From: Acidimicrobiia bacterium
Lineage (GTDB): Bacteria; Actinomycetota; Acidimicrobiia; Spongiisociales; ZC4RG35
Direction: 5' to 3'
DNA length: 64,000 nt
NCBI GenBank assembly: GCA_050741975.1
Contig: JBOGET010000088.1
Coordinates: 1,465-65,464 of the forward strand
In this document: piece after piece, positions 28,448 to 37,769 of the stretch
Layout of the letters: every line of letters begins with the position of its first letter
Numbering within the stretch: position 1 is the stretch's first letter
Notes under the pieces: model-generated
The model's input: only the letters and a program-made list of their open reading frames with translations
Database searches by the model: none
What the model was told of the DNA's origin: nothing
Position numbers and translations under genes: made by a program

Positions 28448-29941
28448 TCAGGGATAGTGGTCCGGAAGATCGTTCTCGTAGAGCACTGCGTCCCCCGGGC
28501 CCAGGTTCCCCCGGACCCATTCGACCGCCTCCTCCCGAGAAGAGACGACGGTAACCGACGCCCTGCCCTTCCCGGAACCTTCGAGCAGGGCTCGGCGATT
28601 GGTCCCACCCACTATCACCAAGTGGTCGACCACGGCCGCCGCCTCGGCGGCGAAAGCGCGGTTCTCCTCGAACTGACCCCACCCCAACTCGACCATCCCC
28701 GGGGTCACCACCACAGTGCGCCCCTCCCCGCCCGACGCGGAGAGGGCACGCAGACCCGATCTGGCCCCGACCGGGTTGGAGTTGAAGGTGTCGTCGACGA
28801 CGGTGAAGCCCCGTTCCGACATTGACACGGTCTGACGGTGCTCGGGACGGGGCAGATCGTCGAGACGGGAAGTCAGGTCATCGATGTCGAGACCGAGGGC
28901 GAGACCGATCCCGAGGGCGACCACCAGGTTCACCACGAACACGTCGGGCGGGGTCTTGGCCACCTCGACCCCGTCGGCGTGGATCGAGCCGTTCCTGATC
29001 GTGACCCGGGCCTCCGCCCCCTCCGCCGAGACCGTGATCACGTCGATCCCCTGCCTCCGCTCCTCGGCCAGGGCGGCAAGGAGGGGATGGTCGACGGCGA
29101 CGACCGCCACCCCGGCACGGTCGAGGATCTCCGATTTTGCCGCCACGATCCGTGCCTCGGTCTTGAAACGTTCGAGATGGACCGGCCCGATGGCCACGAT
29201 CGCCGCCACGTCGGGTGGGATCCATGTCGTCAACTCCGCTATCTCACCGGGACCGTAGGCGCCCATCTCGGCGACGAACACCTCCGTTCCCGGGACAAGA
29301 TGCTCGTTCACGGCCCGGGCCAGACCCATCCGGTTGTTGAACGAGGCGGGGCTGGCCACGGTGCGATACGAGCCTGCGAGCAGATGGGCGACATACTGTT
29401 TGGTGGTGGTCTTCCCGTAGGACCCGGTGATCGCCACCACCTTTGCCCCCGACGTCTTCAGTCTCGCCGCCGCCCGCTCGACCCAGCGATCCCCCAGCCT
29501 GTGCTCGATCGGGCCGAGGGCCAGCAAGGCGAGATCGACGAGTGCCGGGAGGAGGAAGAGACCGAGTCCGACGAAGAACGCCGATCCGATGACGCCCCCT
29601 GCCCAGTAGAGGGCCATCACCATCACACCGGCCAGGACGGCGGCACGGCGCAAGCGCGCGGTCCAGGCCAGGGACGACGTCCTGCCCTTGATCGTCAGCC
29701 CGATGGGGCCGATCTGGGCGGCGGGCACGAGAAAGGCCCACCACGTGTCCCACCACGACCCGACGAGCCCCAACAGCATGACGATGAGGAGACCGAGGTT
29801 CACCGGACCGCTCGTCCACCAGCGACCGGCGAATGTGGCCACCGAAGACGGCAGATAGTGCTCACGCTGCGCCACCCGAAGCCAGCGCAACCCGGCGGGG
29901 ACCGTGGCCAGGGCGCAGGCAGCGACGAGGGCCCAGATCAC
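28448..29941 (-). CDS. MurF-like Mur ligase with an N-terminal ~155-aa multi-helix membrane domain
   Basis: Mur ligase motifs ITGSYGKTTTK, FNNRMG, AEMGAYGPGEI, HLERF, DDTFNSNP and PGMVELG. The first ~155 aa are 4-5 hydrophobic helices instead of the usual MurF N-domain. Confidence 0.8.
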   Translation of the reverse strand: MIWALVAACALATVPAGLRWLRVAQREHYLPSSVATFAGRWWTSGPVNLGLLIVMLLGLVGSWWDTWWAFLVPAAQIGPIGLTIKGRTSSLAWTARLRRAAVLAGVMVMALYWAGGVIGSAFFVGLGLFLLPALVDLALLALGPIEHRLGDRWVERAAARLKTSGAKVVAITGSYGKTTTKQYVAHLLAGSYRTVASPASFNNRMGLARAVNEHLVPGTEVFVAEMGAYGPGEIAELTTWIPPDVAAIVAIGPVHLERFKTEARIVAAKSEILDRAGVAVVAVDHPLLAALAEERRQGIDVITVSAEGAEARVTIRNGSIHADGVEVAKTPPDVFVVNLVVALGIGLALGLDIDDLTSRLDDLPRPEHRQTVSMSERGFTVVDDTFNSNPVGARSGLRALSASGGEGRTVVVTPGMVELGWGQFEENRAFAAEAAAVVDHLVIVGGTNRRALLEGSGKGRASVTVVSSREEAVEWVRGNLGPGDAVLYENDLPDHYP

Positions 29942-30738
29942 GACCGCAACGCCTCCTCGACCAGCCTGCCGATCGCAACGGGAGCCTCGACTGGCACCAG
30001 ATGACCGACCCCGGCCAGCACCTCCAACTCGGCCGTCCCCCCAGCTTGTCGGATGACGCGCAACGCCCTCTCTGCCACCTCCAACGGGACCTCCCGGTCC
30101 TCCTCCCCCCAGAGGAGGATCACCCGAGACCCGAGCTCACGCAGCTGTTGCTCGTAGTCCTCGTTGATCACTTTCACCAAGACGTCGCGCATCACCCCCC
30201 TCGCCGCCCGGTAGTCGGCCGACCCCCGGCTCCTGCGGACCCGTTCCATCCGATCATCCGAGATGAGCCCAATCCGATTGAGGAAACGGAGCATCCGGTA
30301 GCCAGGTGACGGCTTCCGCCCCGGAGCCAGTCGCAGCAGCGGAGAACCGGTGATGACCAGCGGGCCGACCCGGTCCCGGTTGGCGGCTGCCAAACAGACA
30401 GCCACCCGGCCCCCGAAAGAGTGCCCGATGACGACCGGGGGCATCTCGAACTCATCTAGGACCGGGGTTAGCAGCGCCGCGTATCCTTCCGCCCCGAGAA
30501 CTTCCGATGGAGGCGGGGAGGCGCCGAATCCGGGCAAATCTACGGCCAGGGCGTCGAAATCTGAGAGAGATTGCCGAAAATCGCTGCCCCGACGCCCCCA
30601 ACCGTGGAGGGCCAACACCCGGGGCGAGCCCTCTCCAAATGTCTCTGCGAAAAGTGCGCCGTCGGCGATGGCGCGCAAAGCCACGTATCTAGTCCTCGTT
30701 CGGAGATGCCGAGAATACAGTCGAAAGGCTTCCATCAA
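29938..30738 (-). CDS. Alpha/beta-fold hydrolase
   Basis: LALHGWGRRGSDF and nucleophile elbow GHSFGG. The stop overlaps the Mur-ligase start (ATGA). Confidence 0.75.
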   Translation of the reverse strand: MMEAFRLYSRHLRTRTRYVALRAIADGALFAETFGEGSPRVLALHGWGRRGSDFRQSLSDFDALAVDLPGFGASPPPSEVLGAEGYAALLTPVLDEFEMPPVVIGHSFGGRVAVCLAAANRDRVGPLVITGSPLLRLAPGRKPSPGYRMLRFLNRIGLISDDRMERVRRSRGSADYRAARGVMRDVLVKVINEDYEQQLRELGSRVILLWGEEDREVPLEVAERALRVIRQAGGTAELEVLAGVGHLVPVEAPVAIGRLVEEALRS

Positions 30739-30743
30739 GGGTT

Positions 30744-32531
30744 ATGGACGGGATCACGCTCACAACGCATCAGGCGATGGCCCGGTTCCGGGCCTCGCTG
30801 CTGCGTCGCGCCTCGGCCGTGGCCTGGGTGGTGCTGATCATCATCGCCGCCCAGGCGGTCCGGGAGCAGGTGTTCGCCCAACCCGAGTTCTGGATCCCGA
30901 TGGCAGGTCTTGCCGCGATGCTCGTCGTTTCCACCGCTACCCGATGGGACAAGCCGATGGCGACCCGGTACGCGCCCTCGATAGCCGTGGCCTGGCTGAC
31001 CGGTCTGATACTCGGCATCACCGCCTTCGCGCTCATCGATGAGCTGGAGGCCACCGCCACCCCCATCCTCTATGGGATCGCCGCCGTGTCCGGGCTGCTC
31101 CTCACCTGGTGGGCGCATGCGTTCATGACCGTCCTCATCGGCTTGGCGATCTCCTTCATCGCCTTCAGCGTTCTCGAAGCAGATGCGATCGCAGACGTCG
31201 TCGCCCCGGTCTTGACCGTCACCGTCGTGTCGGCGGCCACCGCCCTGGTGGGGATGGAGTTCGAGCGCGAGGCCGTCCGGTCCGCCTCCCGCGAACAGCA
31301 GATCGACCAGCAGCGCCTCGACTTCGAGCGGTTGTACGCGGTCAGCGCCACTCTCGCCCGCGCCGAGTCGCTTGCCGAGATCGTGCCCCATCTCGTGGGG
31401 ACGATCTGCAAATACCTCGATGCCCAGGTCGGAGTGGTCCTCCTCTACAACCCGGAGCGCCATCGGCTCGAGGTGATGAGCCCGATCTGGGTGAACGGTT
31501 ACCCCCTCGACACCGACCCCATCGTGCTCGACGTCGCCTCCCCGGCCATCGTGGCACAGGTCTATCGCTCAGGACGGCCGTTCTTCGTCCGGGAGATCGA
31601 CCAGGACACCGATGCCCACGTCCTCCTCAAGGAGCTTGGGCTCCGTCAGGCGCTCGTGGCCCCGTTGAAGGTCGAGAACCTACGGGTCGGCGCAATCATC
31701 GTCGGCGATCCCTACGTGGGGAGCTTCAACGAGGGCCAGCTCGATCAGCTCGGCTCGCTGGCGGCCCCGGCCGGGCTGGTCCTCTCCCAGATCGGGCGGT
31801 ACGAGGCGCAGGCCGAGATGACCAAGCGGCTCGAAGAGGTGGCCCAGATGAAGACCGACTTCGTCTCGACCGTCAGCCACGAGCTGCGCACCCCGCTCAC
31901 CTCGATCATCGGGTCGCTGGACACGGTCAACCGGCCCGAGCTGGCGCCGAGCCAGCCCACGGCTCAACAGCTTCTCTCCACCGCCCGGCGTCAGGCCGGT
32001 CGTCTCCAGCGTCTCATCGACGACCTGCTGGTGGTCTCCCGGATCGACCGGGGGGCGATCCCGGTCCATCTGGAGCCGGTGACGCTGAAACAAGCCTTCG
32101 AGGAGGTGAATCGGGTGGTCTCCATCGAGCCGACATTCACCATCGAGCCGGACGACCTCACCGTCGAAGCCGACCGGGACCATCTCAGCCGGATCCTCAT
32201 CAATCTCGTGGAGAATGCCGCCAAGTACGCCGTGGGGAGCCCGGTGGAGCTCTATGCCTGGCAGCGTCCAAACAAGGCGGTGATCGCAGTGGTCGACCAT
32301 GGCCCCGGCATCCCCGAGGACGAGAAGGAGCGGGTCTTCGAGCGCTTCACCCAGATCGATCAGTCCGACACCAGGTCCAAGGGAGGGACCGGGCTCGGTC
32401 TCTCCATCGTCAAGAGTCTGGCCGAGGTGATGCGGGGGGCGGTCCGGGTGGAGGCCACCGAGGGTGGCGGAGCCACCTTCGTCGTCGAGCTGCCCCTGGC
32501 CCCGGCCCTGCAGGGGGCCGGAGGCCGCTAG
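30744..32531 (+). CDS. Sensor histidine kinase (5-6 TM, GAF, HisKA, HATPase_c); no cognate response regulator nearby
   Basis: H-box STVSHELRTPLTSI, N-box LVENAAKY and G-boxes DHGPGIP, GGTGLGLSIV. Alternative start ATG 30777. Confidence 0.85.
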   Translation: MDGITLTTHQAMARFRASLLRRASAVAWVVLIIIAAQAVREQVFAQPEFWIPMAGLAAMLVVSTATRWDKPMATRYAPSIAVAWLTGLILGITAFALIDELEATATPILYGIAAVSGLLLTWWAHAFMTVLIGLAISFIAFSVLEADAIADVVAPVLTVTVVSAATALVGMEFEREAVRSASREQQIDQQRLDFERLYAVSATLARAESLAEIVPHLVGTICKYLDAQVGVVLLYNPERHRLEVMSPIWVNGYPLDTDPIVLDVASPAIVAQVYRSGRPFFVREIDQDTDAHVLLKELGLRQALVAPLKVENLRVGAIIVGDPYVGSFNEGQLDQLGSLAAPAGLVLSQIGRYEAQAEMTKRLEEVAQMKTDFVSTVSHELRTPLTSIIGSLDTVNRPELAPSQPTAQQLLSTARRQAGRLQRLIDDLLVVSRIDRGAIPVHLEPVTLKQAFEEVNRVVSIEPTFTIEPDDLTVEADRDHLSRILINLVENAAKYAVGSPVELYAWQRPNKAVIAVVDHGPGIPEDEKERVFERFTQIDQSDTRSKGGTGLGLSIVKSLAEVMRGAVRVEATEGGGATFVVELPLAPALQGAGGR

Positions 32532-33322
32532 CCCTGCCCTTCGGTCCCGGCGGCGATGGCGTGGAAGCCACCGTCCACATGTACGACCTCACCCGTCGTC
32601 ATCGGGGCCCAATCGCTGAGCAGGACGCACACCATCCTGGCCACCGGCTCGGGGTTGGTGCCATCCCAGGGCAGCGGCGCCCGGTCCTTCCACACCCGGT
32701 CGAAGGCATCGAAGCCGGGGATGGACTTGGCCGCGACCGTGCTCAGCGGCCCTGCCGACACCGCGTTGACCCGGATCCCGTGAGATCCCAGATCCCGGGC
32801 CAGGTACCGGGTCACGCTCTGCAGAGCCGACTTGGCGACGCCCATCCAGTCGTAGGCTGGCCAGGCCTGGGAGTTGTCGAAGTCCAAGGTCACCAACGCC
32901 CCACCGCCCGCGGTCTGCATCAACGGAAGGAGGGACACGGCCAGCGTCTTGTAGGAGAAGGCGGAGGTCATGAACGCCGTCTGAGCCGATTCGGGCGGAG
33001 TGTTGAGGAAGTTGCCCCCAAGAGCGTCCTCGGGGGCAAAGGCAATGGCATGAAGCGCCCCGTCGATCCTGCCCCACCGATCGCTCAGATCACTCACCAA
33101 CGAAGCGACCTGCTTTGGGTCGTTGATGTCGAGCTCCAGCACCGGGCACGGCCGGGGAAGGCGCTGGACCGACCTCTCGGTGAGGCGAAGACCGCGTCCG
33201 AACCCGGTGGCCACGATGTCGGCGCCCTCCTCTTGGGCGATCCTCGCCACATGCCAGGCGATGGAGTCATCGGTGAGGACCCCGGTTATCAGCAGTGTTT
33301 TGTCCTCGAGCAGCATCTCCAC
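32528..33322 (-). CDS. fabI: NADH-dependent enoyl-ACP reductase (InhA-like FabI)
   Basis: KTLLITGVLTDDSIAWHVARIAQEEGADIV ... YDWMGVAKSALQSVTRYLA (the Y-x6-K type). Confidence 0.9.
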   Translation of the reverse strand: MEMLLEDKTLLITGVLTDDSIAWHVARIAQEEGADIVATGFGRGLRLTERSVQRLPRPCPVLELDINDPKQVASLVSDLSDRWGRIDGALHAIAFAPEDALGGNFLNTPPESAQTAFMTSAFSYKTLAVSLLPLMQTAGGGALVTLDFDNSQAWPAYDWMGVAKSALQSVTRYLARDLGSHGIRVNAVSAGPLSTVAAKSIPGFDAFDRVWKDRAPLPWDGTNPEPVARMVCVLLSDWAPMTTGEVVHVDGGFHAIAAGTEGQG

Positions 33323-33325
33323 CTC

Positions 33326-33685
33326 CTAGAAGTTGCCACCAAATGTCAGTATTCCCCGGATGGAAAGCCCCATGGTGAACAAGAGGAGCAGCCCGTAGTA
33401 GAGGGTGGGGCGTTTTCGGAGCTGGGCGCGATAGACGTAGGCAAAGGTGAAGGTCACCGCGATCAGGACACCGTAGAACACATGCTGGTTACCCGGGTCG
33501 ACCCCGCCGCTCGCCACGATGACCCCGACCAGGATCTGAATGAGTAGAGCGACGATCGCCACCCCCACCCCGTAATAGAAGGCCTTGGGGGGGACTTGTC
33601 GGTTCTTGACGAGCACGCCCCAGAGCCCGACGACACCGCTGATGGTGGCGGCGATGTAGCCCCAGGTCGTGTGGAAGTCGCTCAA
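33326..33685 (-). CDS. Small 4-TM membrane protein, unknown function
   Basis: Four hydrophobic segments and good GC3 bias. Confidence 0.5.
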   Translation of the reverse strand: MSDFHTTWGYIAATISGVVGLWGVLVKNRQVPPKAFYYGVGVAIVALLIQILVGVIVASGGVDPGNQHVFYGVLIAVTFTFAYVYRAQLRKRPTLYYGLLLLFTMGLSIRGILTFGGNF

Positions 33686-33777
33686 CGGTGGACGTGGCGG
33701 GGCACAGAAATGAGCTTAGGGACCGAGGTTCGTTTCCCCGCAGTCTTCGATACAATCGTCCCTGAGGAGGCTGGTAA

Positions 33778-34038
33778 ATGTTCGAGGCGGTGGAGTTCAC
33801 GGAGATACGTGGCCGCGACGAGCCCGATCAGAGGGTAGTCGGCACGTATCCGGACGAGGTTGGGGCGGTGGAGGCGGCCCGGGCGGCCAAGGCGGAGTTC
33901 GTTGAGTCGGGCTCGGAGGATTTCGCCTGGTGGGTGGTCCGTCAACCGGGCGCCCGTCTGGCACAGTTCATCTCGGATTCGAGGAGCGACAAGGAGTTCG
34001 TGCTCGACCTGACAACCGGGCAATTGATCGAGGTTTGA
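33778..34038 (+). CDS. Hypothetical acidic 86-aa protein
   Basis: Clean ORF with protein-like composition. No family recognised. Confidence 0.4.
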   Translation: MFEAVEFTEIRGRDEPDQRVVGTYPDEVGAVEAARAAKAEFVESGSEDFAWWVVRQPGARLAQFISDSRSDKEFVLDLTTGQLIEV

Positions 34039-34050
34039 GAAGCTCCACCG

Positions 34051-34553
34051 GTGCGACGACGCCGGTGGATAGCGTTGTCACATGGTCGACGGCGGTCCTC
34101 GACTTGGGGCGGACCACAACCCGGCGCGATGGCTGGTCGAGAGGATCGGCCGTCGAGGTTGGTCGCCTGCTCGCTTCACATCACGACGCCCGACCGGGTC
34201 TGGTTCTGCGTATGGGAAGGCTTCGGGTCCCGGACAATCCGACTGCTGGCGGCGGCACTGTCCGGCTTTCCAACCGGGGAATACCACCTTTTCCTGGGCC
34301 GATTGGAGGACCTCGGCGAATCGTTCGCAGTCCCACCTTTATGGCAGTCGGCCAACCCGTGGTGGCCCGACGACCAGGCCTGGTGAGTGGCCACCGAGAT
34401 CGACCTCGCATCGACCTACCTCGGCGGCAGCGAGGAGTGCATCCGATCCGTCGCGGGGCCTCCCCAGCTCGGACGCTGCCCATCCTGATCACCGACGGGA
34501 TCATCCACGACAGCGACCAAACGAATCCGGCCCCACCGGGTCCCCCCCACTGA
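34051..34553 (+). pseudogene. Disrupted conserved hypothetical gene (in-frame TGA plus probable frameshifts)
   Basis: The protein-like text ...TTPDRVWFCVWEGFG...GEYHLFLGRLEDLGE...PLWQSANPWWPDDQAW is cut by TGA 34384-34386. It continues in the same frame as VATEIDLASTYLGGSEECI. N- and C-terminal parts appear to continue in other frames. Confidence 0.4.
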
Positions 34554-34626
34554 GGAATGAGAACGCTCGCGTGCACAACCGATGGGTCTGCCTATGGTGG
34601 AAGAGAAGCCCACCAAGGAGCCGGCA

Positions 34627-34917
34627 ATGCTCGAAGTTTCCGAGAAAGCCGCGGCGGCGCTGGAGGATGTCCGTCGCAATGAGGGGATCCCCGACTCCCA
34701 TGGCACCCGATTGACCGTCGGCCAGCAGCCCGGAGGCGACCTCGTCGTTCGACTCGAGTTCGTGGAGACTCCGGACGAGGCGGACCAGGTCACCGAGCAG
34801 TCAGGGACCGAGGTCTATATCGACCCCGAGTTGGCAGAGCCGCTGTCCTCGGCGGTCATGGACGTCACCAGAGGCGACGAGGGTGTGTCATTCGTCTTTC
34901 GTCCCCAGGACAACTAG
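34627..34917 (+). CDS. HesB/IscA-fold-like small protein lacking the cysteine ligands
   Basis: AAGGAG lies 6 nt upstream of ATG 34627. MLEVSEKAAAALEDV...GTRLTV...VYIDPELAEPL pattern with no Cys present. Confidence 0.5.
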   Translation: MLEVSEKAAAALEDVRRNEGIPDSHGTRLTVGQQPGGDLVVRLEFVETPDEADQVTEQSGTEVYIDPELAEPLSSAVMDVTRGDEGVSFVFRPQDN

Positions 34918-34935
34918 CCGCCAGCAAACCGCCGT

Positions 34936-36552
34936 TCAGCCTTCGTCCATCAGCAGATCGGCGTACTGGTTCCTGACCATCTTCTTGTCGAACTTGCCGG
35001 TGCCGGTCTTCGGGATCTGCTCGACGAACAGGATCCGGTCGGGGAGCCACCACTTGGCGACACGCCCCTCGAGAAAGGCAAGCAGATCGGTGTCGGTGAC
35101 CTCAGACCTCTCCCGGGGGACGACGAAAGCCACCGGGCGCTCCTGCCACTTGACGTGCTTGAGACCGACCACAGTGGCCTCGGCCACGTCAGGATGGGCC
35201 ATCAGGGCGTTCTCGAGCTCGATCGACGAGATCCACTCACCACCCGACTTGATGACGTCCTTGGCCCGGTCGGTGATCTTGATGTATCCCTCGGGGGTGA
35301 TCTTGCACACGTCACCCGTGCGCAACCACCCTTCCTCGAAGGACTGCGCGGAACGGCTGTCCTTGTAGTACTCGGCGGCGATCCACGGCCCGCGGATGAG
35401 CAGCTCTCCGAACGCCTCGCCGTCGTGGGGCAGCTCCTCCCCGATCTCGTCGACGATCTTGATCTGCAGGCCGGCGACCGGCAACCCTGCCGTCTCCATG
35501 AAGTCGAGCTGGCGCTGCAGGTCCCAATTCTCCATCTCCGGCTTGAGCAGGCTGGTCGAGGCCACCGGGTTGGTCTCGGTCATCCCCCAGCCTTGGACGA
35601 CCCTGATCCCCCTGGCCGTCCAGTACCACTCGATCATGGTCCTGGGCACCGCCGACCCGCCGCAGAGGAAGGCGCGAATCGAGGACAGATCGACCTCGGG
35701 ATGGGCCTCGAGGTACTGCTTGATCCCCAGCCACACGGTGGGGACCCCGGCGCTGAAGGTCACCCTCTCGCTCTCGAGGAGCGGTACCAGCGCCTGGGGG
35801 GTGAGGTACGGGCCGGGATAGGTCAGCTTGGCCCCCTGGGTCACCGCCATGAACGGATATCCCCAGGCTGCGGCATGGAACATGGGGACCACAGGGAGGA
35901 CGTTGTCGGTGGGGAGCATGGCGTAGTTGGCCAGGTTGGAGATGGTGTGCAGGTAGGTCGACCTCTGGGTATAGGCCACCCCCTTGGGATTCCCGGTCGT
36001 CCCCGACGAGTAGCAGAACATCATCGGGGACCGCTCGTCGAGCCGGGGCCAGGCTCCATGTCTTTCGGCGCCGCCGATCAGATCCTCGTAGGCAACGGAA
36101 CCCGCGATGGCGTCCGACGCCGAGTCTCCCATCACCACATAGGTCTCCACCGTTTCCAATCGGGTGGTGATCGGCGCCAGGTGCGGGACGAGGTCGGGGT
36201 CGACGAACATGATCCTGTCCCCGGCGTGATTGACGACGTAGGCGACCTGGTCGGCGAAAAGCCGGATGTTGACCGTATGGCAGACCAGCCCGGTGTTGGC
36301 CGTGGCCCAGTAGAGCTCGTGGTGACGGCGGTTGTTCCAGGCGAACGTCCCCACCGGATCGCCCTGGGAGACCCCGAGACCCAGGAGAGCCGTGGCCAGC
36401 CGGCGCACCCGGTCATCGGTCTCGCCGTAGGTGGTGCGTACCAGCGACCTGTCCGATTCGACCGAGACGATCTCCTGGTCCGGGTGGAGCCAGACAGCCC
36501 GGTCGTAGAGGGTGGAGAGATTGAGTGGGAAGTCGTCCTGCATGTGGGGCAT
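34936..36552 (-). CDS. fadD: Long/medium-chain fatty-acid--CoA ligase (AMP-forming)
   Basis: AMP-binding motifs YSSGTTGNPKGV, GWGMTETN, TGDV and KTGTGKFDKK. Confidence 0.9.
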   Translation of the reverse strand: MPHMQDDFPLNLSTLYDRAVWLHPDQEIVSVESDRSLVRTTYGETDDRVRRLATALLGLGVSQGDPVGTFAWNNRRHHELYWATANTGLVCHTVNIRLFADQVAYVVNHAGDRIMFVDPDLVPHLAPITTRLETVETYVVMGDSASDAIAGSVAYEDLIGGAERHGAWPRLDERSPMMFCYSSGTTGNPKGVAYTQRSTYLHTISNLANYAMLPTDNVLPVVPMFHAAAWGYPFMAVTQGAKLTYPGPYLTPQALVPLLESERVTFSAGVPTVWLGIKQYLEAHPEVDLSSIRAFLCGGSAVPRTMIEWYWTARGIRVVQGWGMTETNPVASTSLLKPEMENWDLQRQLDFMETAGLPVAGLQIKIVDEIGEELPHDGEAFGELLIRGPWIAAEYYKDSRSAQSFEEGWLRTGDVCKITPEGYIKITDRAKDVIKSGGEWISSIELENALMAHPDVAEATVVGLKHVKWQERPVAFVVPRERSEVTDTDLLAFLEGRVAKWWLPDRILFVEQIPKTGTGKFDKKMVRNQYADLLMDEG

Positions 36553-37163
36553 CAGGCACCCCCGAGCAGCTTCCGCTTCTCCGCTTCGAACTCGCTGTCG
36601 GTGAGCTTTCCCTCGTCGTGGAGCCGGGACAGGGTGGCCAGCTGCGAGGCCGCGCTCTCGGATGCGACCGACCCGCCGCCCGACTCCAGTTTCATCTGAC
36701 GCTCTTCTCTCACCTCATAGATCAATGACTGCACCGTCTCCGGATCCGGGATGTCGCTGTAGAGCGATTGACCGTGAGTTCCGGCCGACTCGATGACGAG
36801 GTCACCTGTGCCGAGGATCCGCTCGATGGCAGTCTGCTTGAAGGCGACGTCGTTGATCACCTCGAGCGGGATCTCCTTGCCCTGCTTCGAGATCAGCCCG
36901 GCCCTGTAAATCAGCCTCTCGGAGGTGATCACGTGCAACGAGGTCCACCAACGGATGAACTGTGCGATCACGACGATGAACCAGGCAACGATCAATCCCA
37001 GGATCACCCAACCTCCCCAGCTGAGCCCCTGGATGGCGATCAGGATGATGAGCACCAGAACGAGGATGGACAGCACCCCTTCCTTGGCGATCCGCGACCA
37101 GTGGGGTCGAAACTGGCTTCTGATCACCTCGCCGGGGCTGAGCAATTTCTCTGGGTAGCGCAT
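36552..37163 (-). CDS. Membrane bPH (YdbS/YdbT-like) domain protein with C-terminal SHOCT motif
   Basis: Two TM helices followed by HVITSERLIYRAGLISKQGKEIPL...GDLVIESAG. The C-terminus is LATLSRLHDEGKLTDSEFEAEKRKLL. The stop overlaps the fadD start. Confidence 0.7.
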   Translation of the reverse strand: MRYPEKLLSPGEVIRSQFRPHWSRIAKEGVLSILVLVLIILIAIQGLSWGGWVILGLIVAWFIVVIAQFIRWWTSLHVITSERLIYRAGLISKQGKEIPLEVINDVAFKQTAIERILGTGDLVIESAGTHGQSLYSDIPDPETVQSLIYEVREERQMKLESGGGSVASESAASQLATLSRLHDEGKLTDSEFEAEKRKLLGGA

Positions 37164-37360
37164 GACCCCAGGCTACCGATCGGGTTTCTCCCCTGGCTGG
37201 ACGAGACACCAGATCCTCGACACCAACCGGCGTCGGCCCAACCCGCGGCGCAACCCCCCGGCCGACCGGCGTCTGGTTGCCCGAGGCGGTGAAAGCAGGA
37301 AGAACCGTTCTCGTGTCCACGACTGAGGGTGGGCCTCGGGCAAAGTCGCCCGGCAGAGAA

Positions 37361-37415
37361 GCGAGAAAGTCCCGAGGGAGCCTTGGCCGAAGCCTCAACC
37401 CTCTCGGGACTCTCG
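37361..37415. repeat. 55-nt imperfect palindromic repeat, copy 1
   Basis: GCGAGAAAGTCCCGAGGGAGCCTTGGCCGAAGCCTCAACCCTCTCGGGACTCTCG is ~80% identical by eye to copy 2 at 38928-38983. Confidence 0.7.
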
Positions 37416-37769
37416 TCCATTCGGTGTCGGGCCGGGGACCCAACTCCGAGTGGAGTTTCCTGCCAGTGGCCGAAGCCTCTGGCTGGGTGCGATCCAAAGA
37501 TCGCGTCTCCTCGTCTCCGAGAAGATCTTGCGAGTCGTGAGACCCGCCGCCCGGAGACCGCTCGACGATCCCGAAGGATCCCCGTCCGGCCTTCCGACCG
37601 CCCCTAAAGCCCTCGGTTTCCCAGTGGCTCCGGGTAACCCGCACCGTGGCCTCGGCGTGGCTCTCACCACTCCGCACCTCTCGGTTCAGGCCCGCCGCCG
37701 GGTTTCCCCTGCGGCGTGCCGGAAACGTAGACCGCCGCCCTGATGCAGGCAACTCCACGGCTCGATTGT

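Noticed and set aside
27361-32531. Vancomycin-resistance-like cluster (Ddl-type ligase plus sensor kinase).
   Set aside because: There is no VanH-like dehydrogenase, VanX/VanY peptidase or VanR regulator. ddl sits in a position conserved in actinobacteria, and its motifs look like an ordinary D-Ala-D-Ala ligase.
34384-34386. In-frame TGA as a possible selenocysteine or read-through codon.
   Set aside because: The same gene shows additional frame disruptions. No SECIS-like hairpin follows the codon. The expected residue context (…QAW-x-VATE…) gives no hint of a redox Cys/Sec site.
37361-37380. GCGAGAAAGTCCCGAGGGAG resembles the RNase P RNA CR-I motif GAGGAAAGUCCGGGC.
   Set aside because: The match is imperfect. 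It lies on the plus strand, whereas the tetraloop evidence points to the minus strand. None of the other universally conserved RNase P blocks (for example ACAGAA-CCGGCUUA or GGUAAGAGCGCACC-like) are present. The second repeat copy lacks the motif.
37460-37720. Cobalamin-riboswitch-like fragments on the minus strand: GCCACUGG twice, GGGGAAACCCGG and AGCCAGAGGC.
   Set aside because: The order, spacing and core GGUG-GAA-UCC / B12-box sequences do not fit the consensus as I remember it. The downstream genes (PH/SHOCT protein, fadD) are not typical B12-regulated genes. Only an Infernal scan could settle it.
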